A stretch of 62,325 nt of DNA, counting the filler, from Sphacelaria rigidula (lineage: Eukaryota): assembly GCA_964200075.2 (NCBI GenBank). It is 11 parts of 11 records of this genome, joined end to end, with 100 filler letters (N's around TTAATTAATTAA, not from the genome) between each part and the next. Parts side by side here need not be neighbours in the genome. Positions count along the whole stretch, not along the records: positions 34,051 to 39,625 come from CAXNAA020026191.1; positions 39,726 to 45,300 come from CAXNAA020026192.1; positions 45,401 to 50,975 come from CAXNAA020026193.1; 8 more parts are not named here. One strand, given 5' to 3'. The notes beneath the pieces are model-generated. The model saw only the letters and a program-made list of their open reading frames with translations, was not told the DNA's origin and ran no database searches. This document shows positions 37,992 through 49,630 of the stretch, one piece after another. Numbering within the stretch: the first letter of the stretch is position 1; each line of letters starts with the position of its first letter. The translations under genes were made by a program, and so were the position numbers.

Positions 37992-38522
37992 CTACACTCG
38001 TGCATACAATATATTCATGAAGTTTTTTTTTTCTTCCTTGACGGAAGGAGGAAACCCAACCCAATACTTACCCCGCAGACGAGTTTCGCAAGTGAGATCG
38101 TGTGCCGATTACCCGAAGGCTCGGCTAGACCGCCTCGCGGTAGTCATGTGGGGAAGGCGCCTCGAGCGGTGGCAAGAATGATCACCGTCGTGCAATCTCT
38201 CGAAAATATTTTTGGGGTTAGGGGGGATAGTAATGGTACGGTGTGTGCGTGCTGTATGTCTTAACTCCTCGGCTTACGTTAAAGTAGCGTTTACACTGTA
38301 TACCGTCTTGTTGTGGTCGAAACATACTCGGCATGAAACAAAACAAGGATGTGTTTATTTTGCGTACATTCGTGTGACCACGGGTTCGAAAGATGAGACT
38401 AATGTGAGGAAATAATAGTACTCCGAAGTAGTAAATAATATTATAATAAACGTGGCAATTGTTGTACTACTTGTAGCTGGGATGTGTGTGTATGTATGTA
38501 TGTATGTATGTATGTATGTATG

Positions 38523-38553
<31 letters not shown>

Positions 38554-38957
38554 TGTATTGATTTATATACATACGTATATACGTACGCACGTATGAATGG
38601 ATGGATGTAAACTTTTTTTCATGTCGATTCTGCGTGCAAGTGCGTAGGGACATTTGTCGTGTCCGTATGCAGTCCGCGTACTGTAGCTATGTTCGTGCTG
38701 GTTGACGTGTGGTATGTACCACACCCTGGACAACATTTTTTTTTGTCAAACGTGTACTGCGTACAGTATGGAATCTACTGTTTACTGCCATAGACGCAAT
38801 AGTCGTTACTGTACGCAGTGCACTTTTTCACAACGTAATCTTAGTTGACTACGTTTGTTCTTGTAATTAGGTTAGAGTCTCAAAAAGCAAAGTGATGGAG
38901 GGCTGCATGTCTTGTAAGGAATAGTAGGGACGGTATTGGAAAGACGAGCCTTCTTCT

Positions 38958-39003
38958 GTGACCACGGGTTCGAGAGATCGGACTAATGTGCGGAAGTAAT
39001 AGA
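38958..39003 (+). mobile_element. LINE/SINE-like 3' tail, family A (also 6010-6090, 7480-7515, 37287-37332, 38373-38416)
   Basis: gtgaccacgggttcgagagatcggactaatgtgcggaaat, usually followed by (AAT)n. Confidence 0.7.
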
Positions 39004-39191
39004 TAACAAAAATACTGATGAAATATATTGTCGTTATCCAGCAGGCTGTGGTATGTTCGTGTATTTCCATGTAACTTGATGCGTAACCACCACCACCACA
39101 AGAGCCATAACAAAAAACAACAACGACAATAACAACAGCAACACCCTTCCCCACAAATCGCACGGTATGTGGCACCTCACACTAATGGCAG

Positions 39192-39314
39192 GTGAGCGCC
39201 ATCCAGAAGAAGTGGTACGCACGACGGAACAACATAACCACCTTCAACAACGCCTTCGACCAGCCCGGAAAGGTCATCTTTTTCTTTTCCGTCAACCTTA
39301 GCAGTCACTTCCAG
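39192..39314 (+). CDS. YTH-domain protein exon (YTHDC1/CPSF30L-like m6A reader)
   Basis: cag|GTG...CAG|gtacgc, phase 0. VSAIQKKWYARRNNITTFNNAFDQPGKVIFFFSVNLSSHFQ aligns with the YTH pattern SxxxxxWxxxxxNxxxLNxAF...VILIFSVNxSxHFQG. Confidence 0.85.
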
Positions 39315-40225
39315 GTACGCACATTCGGGACGCTGTGTTTTCGTGTTCGTGGACGTACTTTTTTTTTTCCCCCCCCTTTACATCCTATCTGTTTTGCTAC
39401 GGCTTTGCGACCGCGGGTCTTAGATTGTGGAAAAGGGCTAATGTGAGAAACAATATCAGCAACAGCAGCATATGTGTGTTTGGGTGTGTGCCATACTGTC
39501 TTTTTATTCTTTCATACTTCTAGCCCCCGCCCGCCCCCCCTCCCCCCACCCACATAGAAGCAGCAGAGCAAGGGGTTCAGGTGGGTCAGGATATGGTATC
39601 AGGATTGATGTTCGCGGATGATTTTNNNNNNNNNNNNNNNNNNNNNNNNNNNNNNNNNNNNNNNNNNNNTTAATTAATTAANNNNNNNNNNNNNNNNNNN
39701 NNNNNNNNNNNNNNNNNNNNNNNNNAATGGGTTGTGGAAAAAGTTGTGGGAAGCTGGGATCAGAGGAAAGATGTGAAGAATGGTAAAGAAAATGACAGAA
39801 TGTGCCAAAAGTACCATAATGCTAGACGGGGAAATATCGAAATATCTCACACCCTGGACGGTACAATATGTAATATATTTTGCCCGCTCAATATTTCGGC
39901 GCGTAGGGTGGTCAATATATATTGGGCGATGTGACACCAGCCAGTGGACGCACTGTTGGATCACTGCTGTTGAAGGACTCCCCAGTCTTAGTGGCCTCAG
40001 TTTCAGTTGTCAGCCTTTACAACATTCTCATTATTCAGGAGTGCCCTCGCAGGCACAGCTTCCTAGAGACGCCAGGGTACCAACCTAGTGTCCCCGGTCA
40101 TTATCCAGATCATCACTACCAACTCAACGTAACAGCGTTAATTCGTCACAGCACCCCCAAAGCGCGTTGGACCAAAATCGATCAACAAGATTGAAACATA
40201 AAAAAACGCCAAAACGATGAGTAAG

Positions 40226-43184
40226 TCACAATAAAATATCAAACTCATTCGTAATGCGAGCAGCAACGGCACGAGTCACGCGCAATCCACGCAATTCCTT
40301 CGTAAGAAATTCCGGAGCGGCCTCAAAAATATCCTTGAAAGCTTCCACATGCGCTCCTCAGCTTCGAAACCAACCCAGTCGACCAACACGATCAACGAAC
40401 GATCATCTGCTTTTGCCACTCGGACAATACCAGCCATCTGAAATTGCCGCTGATTGAGAGCATGCTAGAACGCGCCCGTAACGTCAGCCGTAACATTAAA
40501 AGCTGCGAGTCTACATAAAAACGCAAACGAGCGACATGGGCGGTCTAAACACGACCCGAAACAATGTTCTGAATCTCAAACACGTGCGGGTGGTGAGCAC
40601 TAACCACTCTCTATGGACTAGTCCAAGTCGCCATCAACGTGGACGTAACACCCGAACGACGCACGCGTGCATACAAGACATAGTCGCCTACCTCAAAATT
40701 CGGCAATTCCAGCCCCGACGAGGACCCCTCACGTCTACGCGCACGTTCAGCGGCAACACGCTCCTGCACTTGAACGTTGGAACGTTCTTGCAAGTCCAAG
40801 ACTCCTTGCAATGCACTCTTAATTTGAACATTGTCCAAAACATCCCATTTCCCTTCCCCCGCTGGCGAAGATGCCAGTACCGAGAACGACGTCCGAGGAG
40901 CACGACCAAACATCACGTGGTACGGCGTACTATCGTAACGACGACGATACGCTGTATTAAGCGCCCATTGCACCGCAGGCAACGCGTCCACCCACTCGGA
41001 AACCGCTCCACGCTGCTCGAGAAGAGTAGGGCGAAGAGCACCAACTACTTCCTTGACCATGCGTTTGCACGTGCCGTTAGACCGCGGAGAATACGCGACC
41101 GCAAACTGGTGATCAACGCGCAAAACCTGTCGCAATCGGGCCAAGATCGCATCCTTGAAATGCGTGGCGGTATCACTCACCCACAAACGCGGCACCCCCT
41201 AAGCTTTGCACCAATTCCGCAAAGATGCAGCAGGAGATTCAGCAGTACACACTGCTACTGGTTCTAGAGTCAGAAAGTTGCTCAAATCATCCATGATCAC
41301 CAACATGCATCGAAACCCAGTATCCTCCGACAAACGTTGGGAAGCTAGCGGGCCACTCTCGCCCACGTACAAGAAGTCAAAGTGAACGATTTCATTCGGC
41401 GTAATCCTATGGACCGTTTCGCCGAGCGGACGGGGAACAACATCGCCCGTCCTCGAGTCAGCACAGTGAAGACACCGGTGGACAAATTCGCGCACATGAG
41501 TTTCCATCCCCTGCCAGACACAAAGCTCGTGCAAGCGCACGAGCGTCGCAGCCACACCACGATGCCCGGCGTCGCGCATGTGCGCGCAAATCATCAGACG
41601 TTCCTGCAACTGCTTGTCAGAAATTGGAATCCACAAAACGTTTCGGCCACGCACACGCACACGAACAGACCTCCATTGCCCCTAGAAAGCAGTACCAACG
41701 TCCGACTCGACAGGTTGCATATCCGCATCTTCGGCCCCAAGGTCTTTTCGTTGCGCTTGGCGGACAACAGATTTGGACGGCATCGAGTCATCACGTTCAC
41801 ACGGACCATACACAGCCACAGCGCGCACAGGCATTTGAATTTCAACTGTAGGCACCTGCATGACCAAACTACCCCAATGGCACTCAGATGCATCTGGAAA
41901 CATAAAAACCTAACAATCAGGACGAGGATGGAACAGCGTCACTGCATCAGCCACCAGATCCTTCGCTGCCGCCCACGCCTGCAGCCTGCCCTCCGTCCAC
42001 GATGCAGCCTTCTTCGGAAACGCAATATCTGGACTGGATCACCCCGCCTGCACATTCCGTAACACCAGCCCGAGCGCCAACAGAGCCGCCATGTCCAATG
42101 CCAACCGACTCGACTTCACTGGATCGTACCACCGCGGCTTCGTCTTCACTGCGGACGCCCCAGGTTTTGGCTGAACACGCATGGGCTCCACGCGCGCAGG
42201 GGGATCACCCCGCAGCGCACGACGAAACGCGTTGACGCGGAAATGCAATATGCCGCGCAGGCGCTCCGCTTTTGAGATGCTGAGGCCTTTCGCCACAGCA
42301 TCCGTCACGCACTCCTCCAGCGCGACCTTCCGAGCGGACTCCTCTTCCGCCCGGTCCATGAATACATCCGGGCCGCGCTCTAATAAGCGTTCCACCGCCG
42401 CATCCTGCTCCTCGGCCACCTGTCTCCCAGTCTTCTGAAAAGCATCCACCGACAAGCTCACGCGACGACTGCCCAAAACGGCGGGCGTCTCCACGTGCGG
42501 AACAAGCGGAGACAGCCGCGTCTTGGTGGAGTTCTTTAATCGCTCATACGGGTCGACTCCTAGATCCTGTAGCGTCGGCAGCCCCAGAAGAACAGCGCCA
42601 TCCGACCTTGGCATGATAGCAAACGAGACCGGAGGCAACGACGCCAGCCCCCAAGTAGTCTTGAAGGCTAGCTGCAACGGAACAGTACGCTCCGTGACTG
42701 AAATATGCTGACCTGACGCGGTGGCTGCCTGCCGCGCCCCGAGCGGAAGCGGGATGCGCAGCGGCACACCCAGGAGTTGTCGCTCCGGCATCTCAACCAT
42801 CTGCACCGGCAGACTAGTGAAATGGGCGCCAGAATCCAACACAGACGGAACCACGATGGCTCCACGCTGCCGTTGATTCGGAAGACATAACTCCACTAGA
42901 ATGTATCTGTCGGCAAGCTCCACTGAAACTTCTTCCGCTGACCTATGCGCCGCTAATCCAACATGATGCCACGGCTGCGCAAGCTGCGCAGACGAAGACG
43001 CCCCGGCAGGTTCAAACGGCACCGCCGGCGGGTACGCCCCCCACCCAGCAGACCAAACATTTGGCGACCCTCCGACCAGCGCGTCAACAGATGTCGCGCC
43101 TGGCGCTGCTGCCGGTGTCGCCGCCGGCGCCACCACCGGCGCCGGCGCAGTGTTCGACTCTGTAGAAGTCGGGCCCACCTGCAT
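40226..43184 (-). pseudogene. pol: Gypsy pol remnant (protease, RT start, RT/RNase H linker, integrase, chromodomain) with frameshifts and deletions
   Basis: ORF pieces 42039-43184, 41682-41903 (FPDASECHWG), 41199-41660 and 40611-41195, plus manual translation of 40230-40440. Confidence 0.9.
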
Positions 43185-43301
43185 CGCCCGTTGCGGAGCA
43201 GCAGCACCTACGGCGGCGCCGGACCCAGAGCCAGGCCCATGCTGACGTCGCTGCCCCAGCAGGTGGTGGTGGTGGTGGTGGTGGTGGTGGTGCGGCTGCT
43301 G

Positions 43302-44192
43302 CTACGGGCTCGCCTGCGACCCTCCATCACCGGAGGATCCGCCGCCGCCATCACGATTACCTTGTCTTTTGCCCTTGTGCTGACGATGCTGATGGTGCGC
43401 GGCACTAGACTGCCCAGACTCTCCACCGAAAGACGTTGAGCAATCGCGCGCGTAATGGCCGACCTGGCCACAGCGGTAGCACGTAATACTCGCGGCGCGG
43501 CCGGTTGATTTCGAGAGATGGTTGCGCAAAGATTTCGGCGAAGAGGTGGACGACTGGCCGAACACCTCTACTTTCCGCCATTCCCTGGCCTCGGCCACGA
43601 CGGTGCTCATCACCAGGTGAGGGTCGACCTTCCAGTCTGATTGGTGTTGCAGCTCGATAAGCACGGCTTGCTTGAATTTTTCCGGTGCCAACCCCTCCAC
43701 CAAACCCTTAGTGATTACTGCTGCCGTGCCGGGAATAAACTCACCATCGGGGGAACAATATACTAGTTCGACGTTCGGATTTTCCGTGAAGTACTTCTCC
43801 AAATTGGACAGGATGGGCTCCACCCGCTCCAACATCGTTCTTCCCCGAGAATCCATTGCGACAGCTTTCGCCACGGCCGCGGACGCTTGGGTCAGATCTA
43901 CCTCAGCGCCCGCCGCATGCCCAGTATGCTTCTTGATCGCCGCAACCAATTGCGGCGGGGTGATAGTGCTTTCATTGTGTTCCAAACGAGCGAACACTCT
44001 CTGTACATGATGAGTTGGCACTTTTTGAGCCATTGTCACCACCTGATGCCGCACGGCACCCCCTGCATGAGCGTGCTCCACGCGCTTCTTGTATTCCAAA
44101 TACCTCGTGTAAAAAGTGCGAGATGCACTCTCTGAGTACCTGTCCCCGTATTGGGGAGGTCGCAATTCTTCCCGCATGACCACGGGTGTCAC
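43302..44192 (-). pseudogene. gag: Gypsy gag ORF with CCHC zinc knuckle
   Basis: 296-aa ORF inside the LTR pair, containing CYRCGQVGHYARDC. Confidence 0.88.
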
Positions 44193-45400
44193 GGTGGACG
44201 TAACTCGTGTGCCGGTAGTTATAGCTGTAGCTATAACCGGCTACCTGCGAACCTCTGAAGGCCAGCGGACCTTCGCGAATTGCACTTTCCTTGCTTTGTC
44301 GCCGCACCACACAGTCGAAGGAGCCTCCAAACTCCCACTGCACGCAGCTTCAGCAAGTCTCCAGTCTGGATTAATCACAGGCCAGCCGCCTTTCTGCAGC
44401 CACCACCAGCTTGAACCCCCGTCACGCGTCCGTGATGTCAGGTTGTCCCCAGCTGCCAGACTCACTCCGCCGGAATCCTTTTCAGCACAGTTCTAGCACT
44501 AGCACTAACACTAACACTAGCACTAATATCGATACTGTGACGCCAGGCAGTGGGAGTATAGTTGAATCACCACTGTTGAGGGACTCCCCAGTCTTCCTGG
44601 CCTCAGTTTCAGTTGTCAGTCTTTACAACATTCTCATTATTCAGGAGTGCCCTCGAGGCAAGACACGCCAGGGATCAACCTAATGTCCCCGGTCATTATC
44701 CAGATCATCACTACCAACTCAACGTAACAGCAATAATTCGTCACAGCGAGCAATATGATGGCGTAAGAGAGGGTCAATACATATTGCGCCATCAATATGT
44801 CAAGTTTCGCGACATGCAGTAGGAAAGTGTCCGCTTTGGGTCCGTTCAAGCGTTCGAAGATAGTGTTGAACAGCACTATGAATTTTTCCTGGCATTGGCA
44901 TCTGCAAATTAGTACAGTACCATCACAAATCGATAATTTAACATTCTTATTAGAAACCAACGGGCATCAAAGTGTTCGCTGTTAGGAACACGGGCATTTT
45001 CATAGACGAAAAACTCTGTGTTTCCCCGTGGGCATTCCATGCGGCCTCAAAAACTATGCTGTCCTTCTTTCAAACCTGGCGGGCGGACGGGGAAGCCGCA
45101 ATCCCTCGGGTAAGGAGAGTCATTTCAACCATGTCGACGTACTTTGAAAAAACGAACTCTTTCGTTTTCGAAGGTGTTCCGAATTCGGGTACATAATAAC
45201 ATGTTTAAGTTACACTACCCAGCAGTGTGACCTCCATAGGCAGACGTCTGCAGACGGGAGGTAGAGTAGATCAACGAAAGCTCCAGATCGCAGCTGACGC
45301 NNNNNNNNNNNNNNNNNNNNNNNNNNNNNNNNNNNNNNNNNNNNTTAATTAATTAANNNNNNNNNNNNNNNNNNNNNNNNNNNNNNNNNNNNNNNNNNNN

Positions 45401-45670
45401 ATTAGGGTGTAGAGAACGGGGGTTCGATTCCCGATGCGTTGGGTTTTTTCTTCGTAATGTATGATTTCCACCGTGGAAAGCGTGAGAACGTGAGTAAACA
45501 AAAGTAGTCGACTGGGTTTGTGTGACGTGAGTTGACGCGGTGCGGGAGTGCTGATCCAACCCGCGAGATCAAAATGAAAGGCGCGTACCGGGGGAGAGAT
45601 GGGTTGATCCCTTGCGACCACGGACTCATCCCGAGGAAGGGAAGGGGTTCAAAGTGTGAGAAGAAAAAAA
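45401..45670 (+). mobile_element. SINE family 2 copy (5' cut by contig edge)
   Basis: B box gggttcgattccc, a body matching 5320-5465, and a 3' gcgaccacgg tail ending in an A-rich run. Confidence 0.75.
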
Positions 45671-48600
45671 TATATGAACAGAAAATGGCACTGGACGTCG
45701 GTTGATGATGCACTGCCAGCTCCGCGATCCTGACCATCGATGTCTTCGGCCGTGTGGGGACGCAACTTGACTGCAGTAATGGTTTGAGGTCTGGGGCTGG
45801 CAAAACTGTACCTAGACAAAATGCCACCAAGACACCACAATGACCAACAGCCCCACCCTAGAGCAAACACGCACACAGATTTAAAATCAAGGAGAAACAT
45901 CTTCCGTGCATGCATGGTGTGATGAATACGAGTAAAAAAACCGTGCACATGTGATAGCAGCCAGAGTTAGCGAAAAGCGCAATCAAAGAGAGAGAGAGAG
46001 AGACGAGAGGGGGTGTACTAATGACCCCGCATGCATGCCGTAGTCATAGGACCATTGACCTTGCATCCCTACAAAGCCGGGACGGAGCACGCCCGGTTCT
46101 CGCCGGACCAAGCTCGCAATCACCAAGCGCGAACCGCAGTGATGTGTTGGGCGAGTCGCATGAAGGGTGAGCTGCATCCTGCCAACATTTCTCAGAGAGA
46201 TGGGGCGGGAGGCAGGGGTCTAGCACCAAACTGCCCGCTGGTCAACCATGTCCTGAATATACGCCCGAGATGAAAGAGCGAACCGGACGGTGCTACTACA
46301 CAGTGCAGGCAACCCAGTGGTATCTAGAGTGAACTGACAACATCAACATTAGGGTGGGAACAAGCGACTTCGACTCCAGAGCAATGCTGCACTGTTGTTT
46401 TTGAGGGCTCTCTTCTTGTAGGAGCACACATATATGGGGCTTGCTGTGCAACCCAAATCTCCGGGGACCAGACTCCCAGAAACGTGGTGTTTACACGCAG
46501 GAGCCTTTGGGTGAGTCGGCATCATTTTCAGTATTTTTCAAGTAAAGATGGTGCCGATTCTCAAAATGACCCATCCAACACACCGAGCAACCCCGAGAAA
46601 TGTTTTGGCTAAAAAAAGTGCAACTCTTACAGTGGATTTGGATTTTCTCTTCAAAGTGTACGATATTCCGACGTTGAAAACATGAGGGCGTGTGCAACAA
46701 GACGACGAGATATGACGCGGTGCGGGAGTGTTGGTCATAATCCAATCCGCGATAGATACCACAATGTGAGGCGTGTGCCGAGGGAGAGACGGGTTGATCC
46801 CTTCAGACCACGGACTCGTCCTGGGGAAGGGCAGGGCATTGGAATACGATGAAAAACGCTCCAGAGTGAAGCGGGAACATTGCTAAATAGAGACAAGACC
46901 GACGACCAGAACAGTCAACGGCAATGCAGCTGCGATAACACCAACCAGCGCCGGTGGAAAGCACCCCCACATCTCAACAGACACGCACAGGCTCGGTGAA
47001 GCACACCAGGGGGCTGAAGGGAGCTGAAGGTCGAACGGAGGACGCAACAGACGCAGCCACAAATGCGGTCGGTGAACGATCATGACTCTAAATCAAGCCC
47101 CATGACACCGCTGGTATTGAATATACGACGCTCACATGCCCTGATGCCACGCGGTACACTCAATCTCATGCCTGTCTGATCGATAGCGTCATGAGGGGGG
47201 ACGCCCCTCCCCTGGCCTCACCTAGCGTTTACTCTTCGTGGTGTGTATGTAGTGCACAGCATCGGGGCGTGAAGACAAGCGTCGCATAATTTAGCACCAA
47301 CCGCGTCGACGGACTCGACTGCAGTCATCATCGCTTCACCGACCGCGGTTGTGACCGCCTTTTGCGCCCAACTGGGGGCTTCAGTTGCCTCATGTGTTTC
47401 AGTGAAGCCTGAAATGTATCGGTACCTCTTCGCATTTTCTCTGCTCCTTGTCTCTTCTGCATTACTGTCGTACCACGCAACACTTGTGCGGATGGTTCAT
47501 GAAAATTAATCTCTCCACACAAGCGTTTTCGTAGCATGACCGTAGTCAACCTCCACCCCCTCAACACAAAAATGTGGACCCTGGTGCGTTCCACCACACT
47601 CGTCCCGTACCAGCCCCTTATGCTGTAATGGTGGGGAGAGGGGGGGGTTACTCATGACCTCACGTCCCCACGAACAGGAATGAGCACGCCGGGTTTTCCC
47701 CGGACCAGGGTCGCAATCACCAAGCGCGAAGCGTCGAGACGTGTGCCGGCGACGAGAGACATGAAGGGTGAGCTGCATCCTGCGAAGATTGTTCGGCTCG
47801 AAGCCTACTGGTCATCTCGCATACGGACGACAGCCTACAATGAACAGCTTCATCTTCTTGTATCTTCACTTCCAGAGACAGCCACAGGGCCTCATGGGTG
47901 TCTCACCCATGTATGATGGGGGCGAGAGGGAGAAGGGGGCTCACGCCGGAGGAAAGGGATACAAAGTGCTCGACTACACCCGTGATGAATGAGCGGGTGC
48001 TCGTCAGCGCGCGAACGACGGGAGCCGTCCGATGGACCTCCACGATCAGTACATCCTTCCGTTCCTGGTGCTGCGAGGAAGACAAACAACTTCGTGATAC
48101 GTGGTGAATAAGGAGCACGCACATCTTACATACAAGCGAGAAAAAGAAAAATATAAAACAAGAAACGACAAAGGAAAAAATGAGAAAACAGAAACAAATG
48201 GGGGGGAGGGATAATAATCACCTCGAGAGGCCGCACAGCTTCCGCCCTCCGGTCCTAGCCCCCTCCGCTTGCCTGACTAGCGAGTCAGATACACTCAACG
48301 ACGCTCCACCCTCCTCACCCTGTTCCTGATCCACCCATCCCGGGTGCTGACAGAACAAGGTGCCAACCCTGACCGAAGATTCAGTGAGGGGCAAAAATCA
48401 CGGAAGATGAGGGCAAAAAAAGAAAAACGCGCAACAATATGCGGATGGCACACAGACTGAACGACATGAAAAGTGTGCGGGGAGCGGGTAGGATTGAAAT
48501 GTTTTGGTCGGTCGAGGACGGTGGAAGGGCAGGAGGTGCAGTTTCCGCTTTGTGTTCACACGTAACACAAACTCGATTCTGGATAGCACGTGCGCCATGA

Positions 48601-48799
48601 TACAGTGACCACAAAAAAAAAAACGGGGTCGAGGGAAGAGCAAAAATGACCGGCAACCTCACCACACCGGCAACGCATGACAACATCCACTCCAGAAGCG
48701 ATTACTACAGGCACACGACAATTTATGATGGAACCGATGCTAATGTCAATACTCGAGCTCACGGTAGTGCTGACCACAATGATTGGTGTTCCTTGATCA

Positions 48800-49630
48800 G
48801 GCCGGATGTTATGGCAACGAATCTTCGGCCCCGGATCTTCAGAGTTTGAAATAATTCATGTGGCACACATGTTATGGGTACAGATTATTCGAAGTTTTGG
48901 GTGAAATTATCCGCGGCCAAGATTCGAGGTCCGAGTCCCACAGAATTTTGGGCACACTGGCGGGGGTCGGCAAGCACATATTTTTTTCACACGGATTTTT
49001 GCGTTTCGGCCGGCAGACCGTCATAATGGGGTAACGCCGCGTTTTTCTTGGATGTGCCGGCGTGATGGTTGCGCCTTGGTGAGTGATCCTGTCGACCACA
49101 ACCAACGACATGCGAAGCAACCACACGCCGCAGCCGACGCGCGGTGGAGCCCGCTTAGCGCGTACGAGACAAAAAACGACACGCCTTGTTCGTTGGTCTC
49201 CTGGCGAAAGCATTGCAGAGACGTTCAGAAAGTAGACATGTGATGCGCACTGTCGCTGTCTGGCGGGTAGTTCTGCGATCCTTCGATGAAGGATTCAACT
49301 TTAGCAACAACGAGGGGGGCATGGTCGCTCACTGATGTGCTCGAAAGGACCGGTACTGGTGTTAGTGGGGTGGTGATGACCTCGCTGCGGCGGTGACGCT
49401 GCATCACTACATCCCACCACAACACACGAGACACCTACGGGACTGTGAGCTGTTGAAACATGCCAAACATAAAACTCGAAACCCTGGTGGAGGTATACAA
49501 ATCAGAACAGTATGGTGTGAAAATCTGCGTGCTGCCACAATATCGTTCCCGAAACTAAATTTGCCGCGGATTTGTTTCACCAGAAATAAAAAATCTGTGC
49601 GCCAAAGATCTGTTGCCATAGCATCCGGCC
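48800..49630. mobile_element. PIF/Harbinger-type non-autonomous element, 831 bp, TCA TSD
   Basis: tca|ggccggatgttatggcaacgaatcttcggc ... gccaaagatctgttgccatagcatccggcc|tca. Confidence 0.85.

Larger units (their letters stand above)
39930..44745 (-). mobile_element. Ty3/Gypsy chromovirus-like LTR retrotransposon, both LTRs present, RT and most of RNase H deleted
   Basis: LTRs at 44536-44745 and 39930-40150 (TGTGAC...GTCACA), GCGA on both flanks, and a G-rich PPT beside the 3' LTR. Coding remnants are the gag knuckle CYRCGQVGHYARDC, protease VLDSGAHFTS, integrase HHCC plus VHFDFLY/WVSDTATHF/SNG, and chromodomain-like LVDWVGFEAEERMW. Confidence 0.96.

Noticed and set aside
2683..39314. Functional gene cluster of PIP, PIG-V, myosin and YTH
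   Set aside because: Each gene lies on a different, artificially joined contig.
40536..42062. Long plus-strand ORFs (243 aa, 226 aa)
   Set aside because: They are antisense shadows of the GC-rich Gypsy integrase region.
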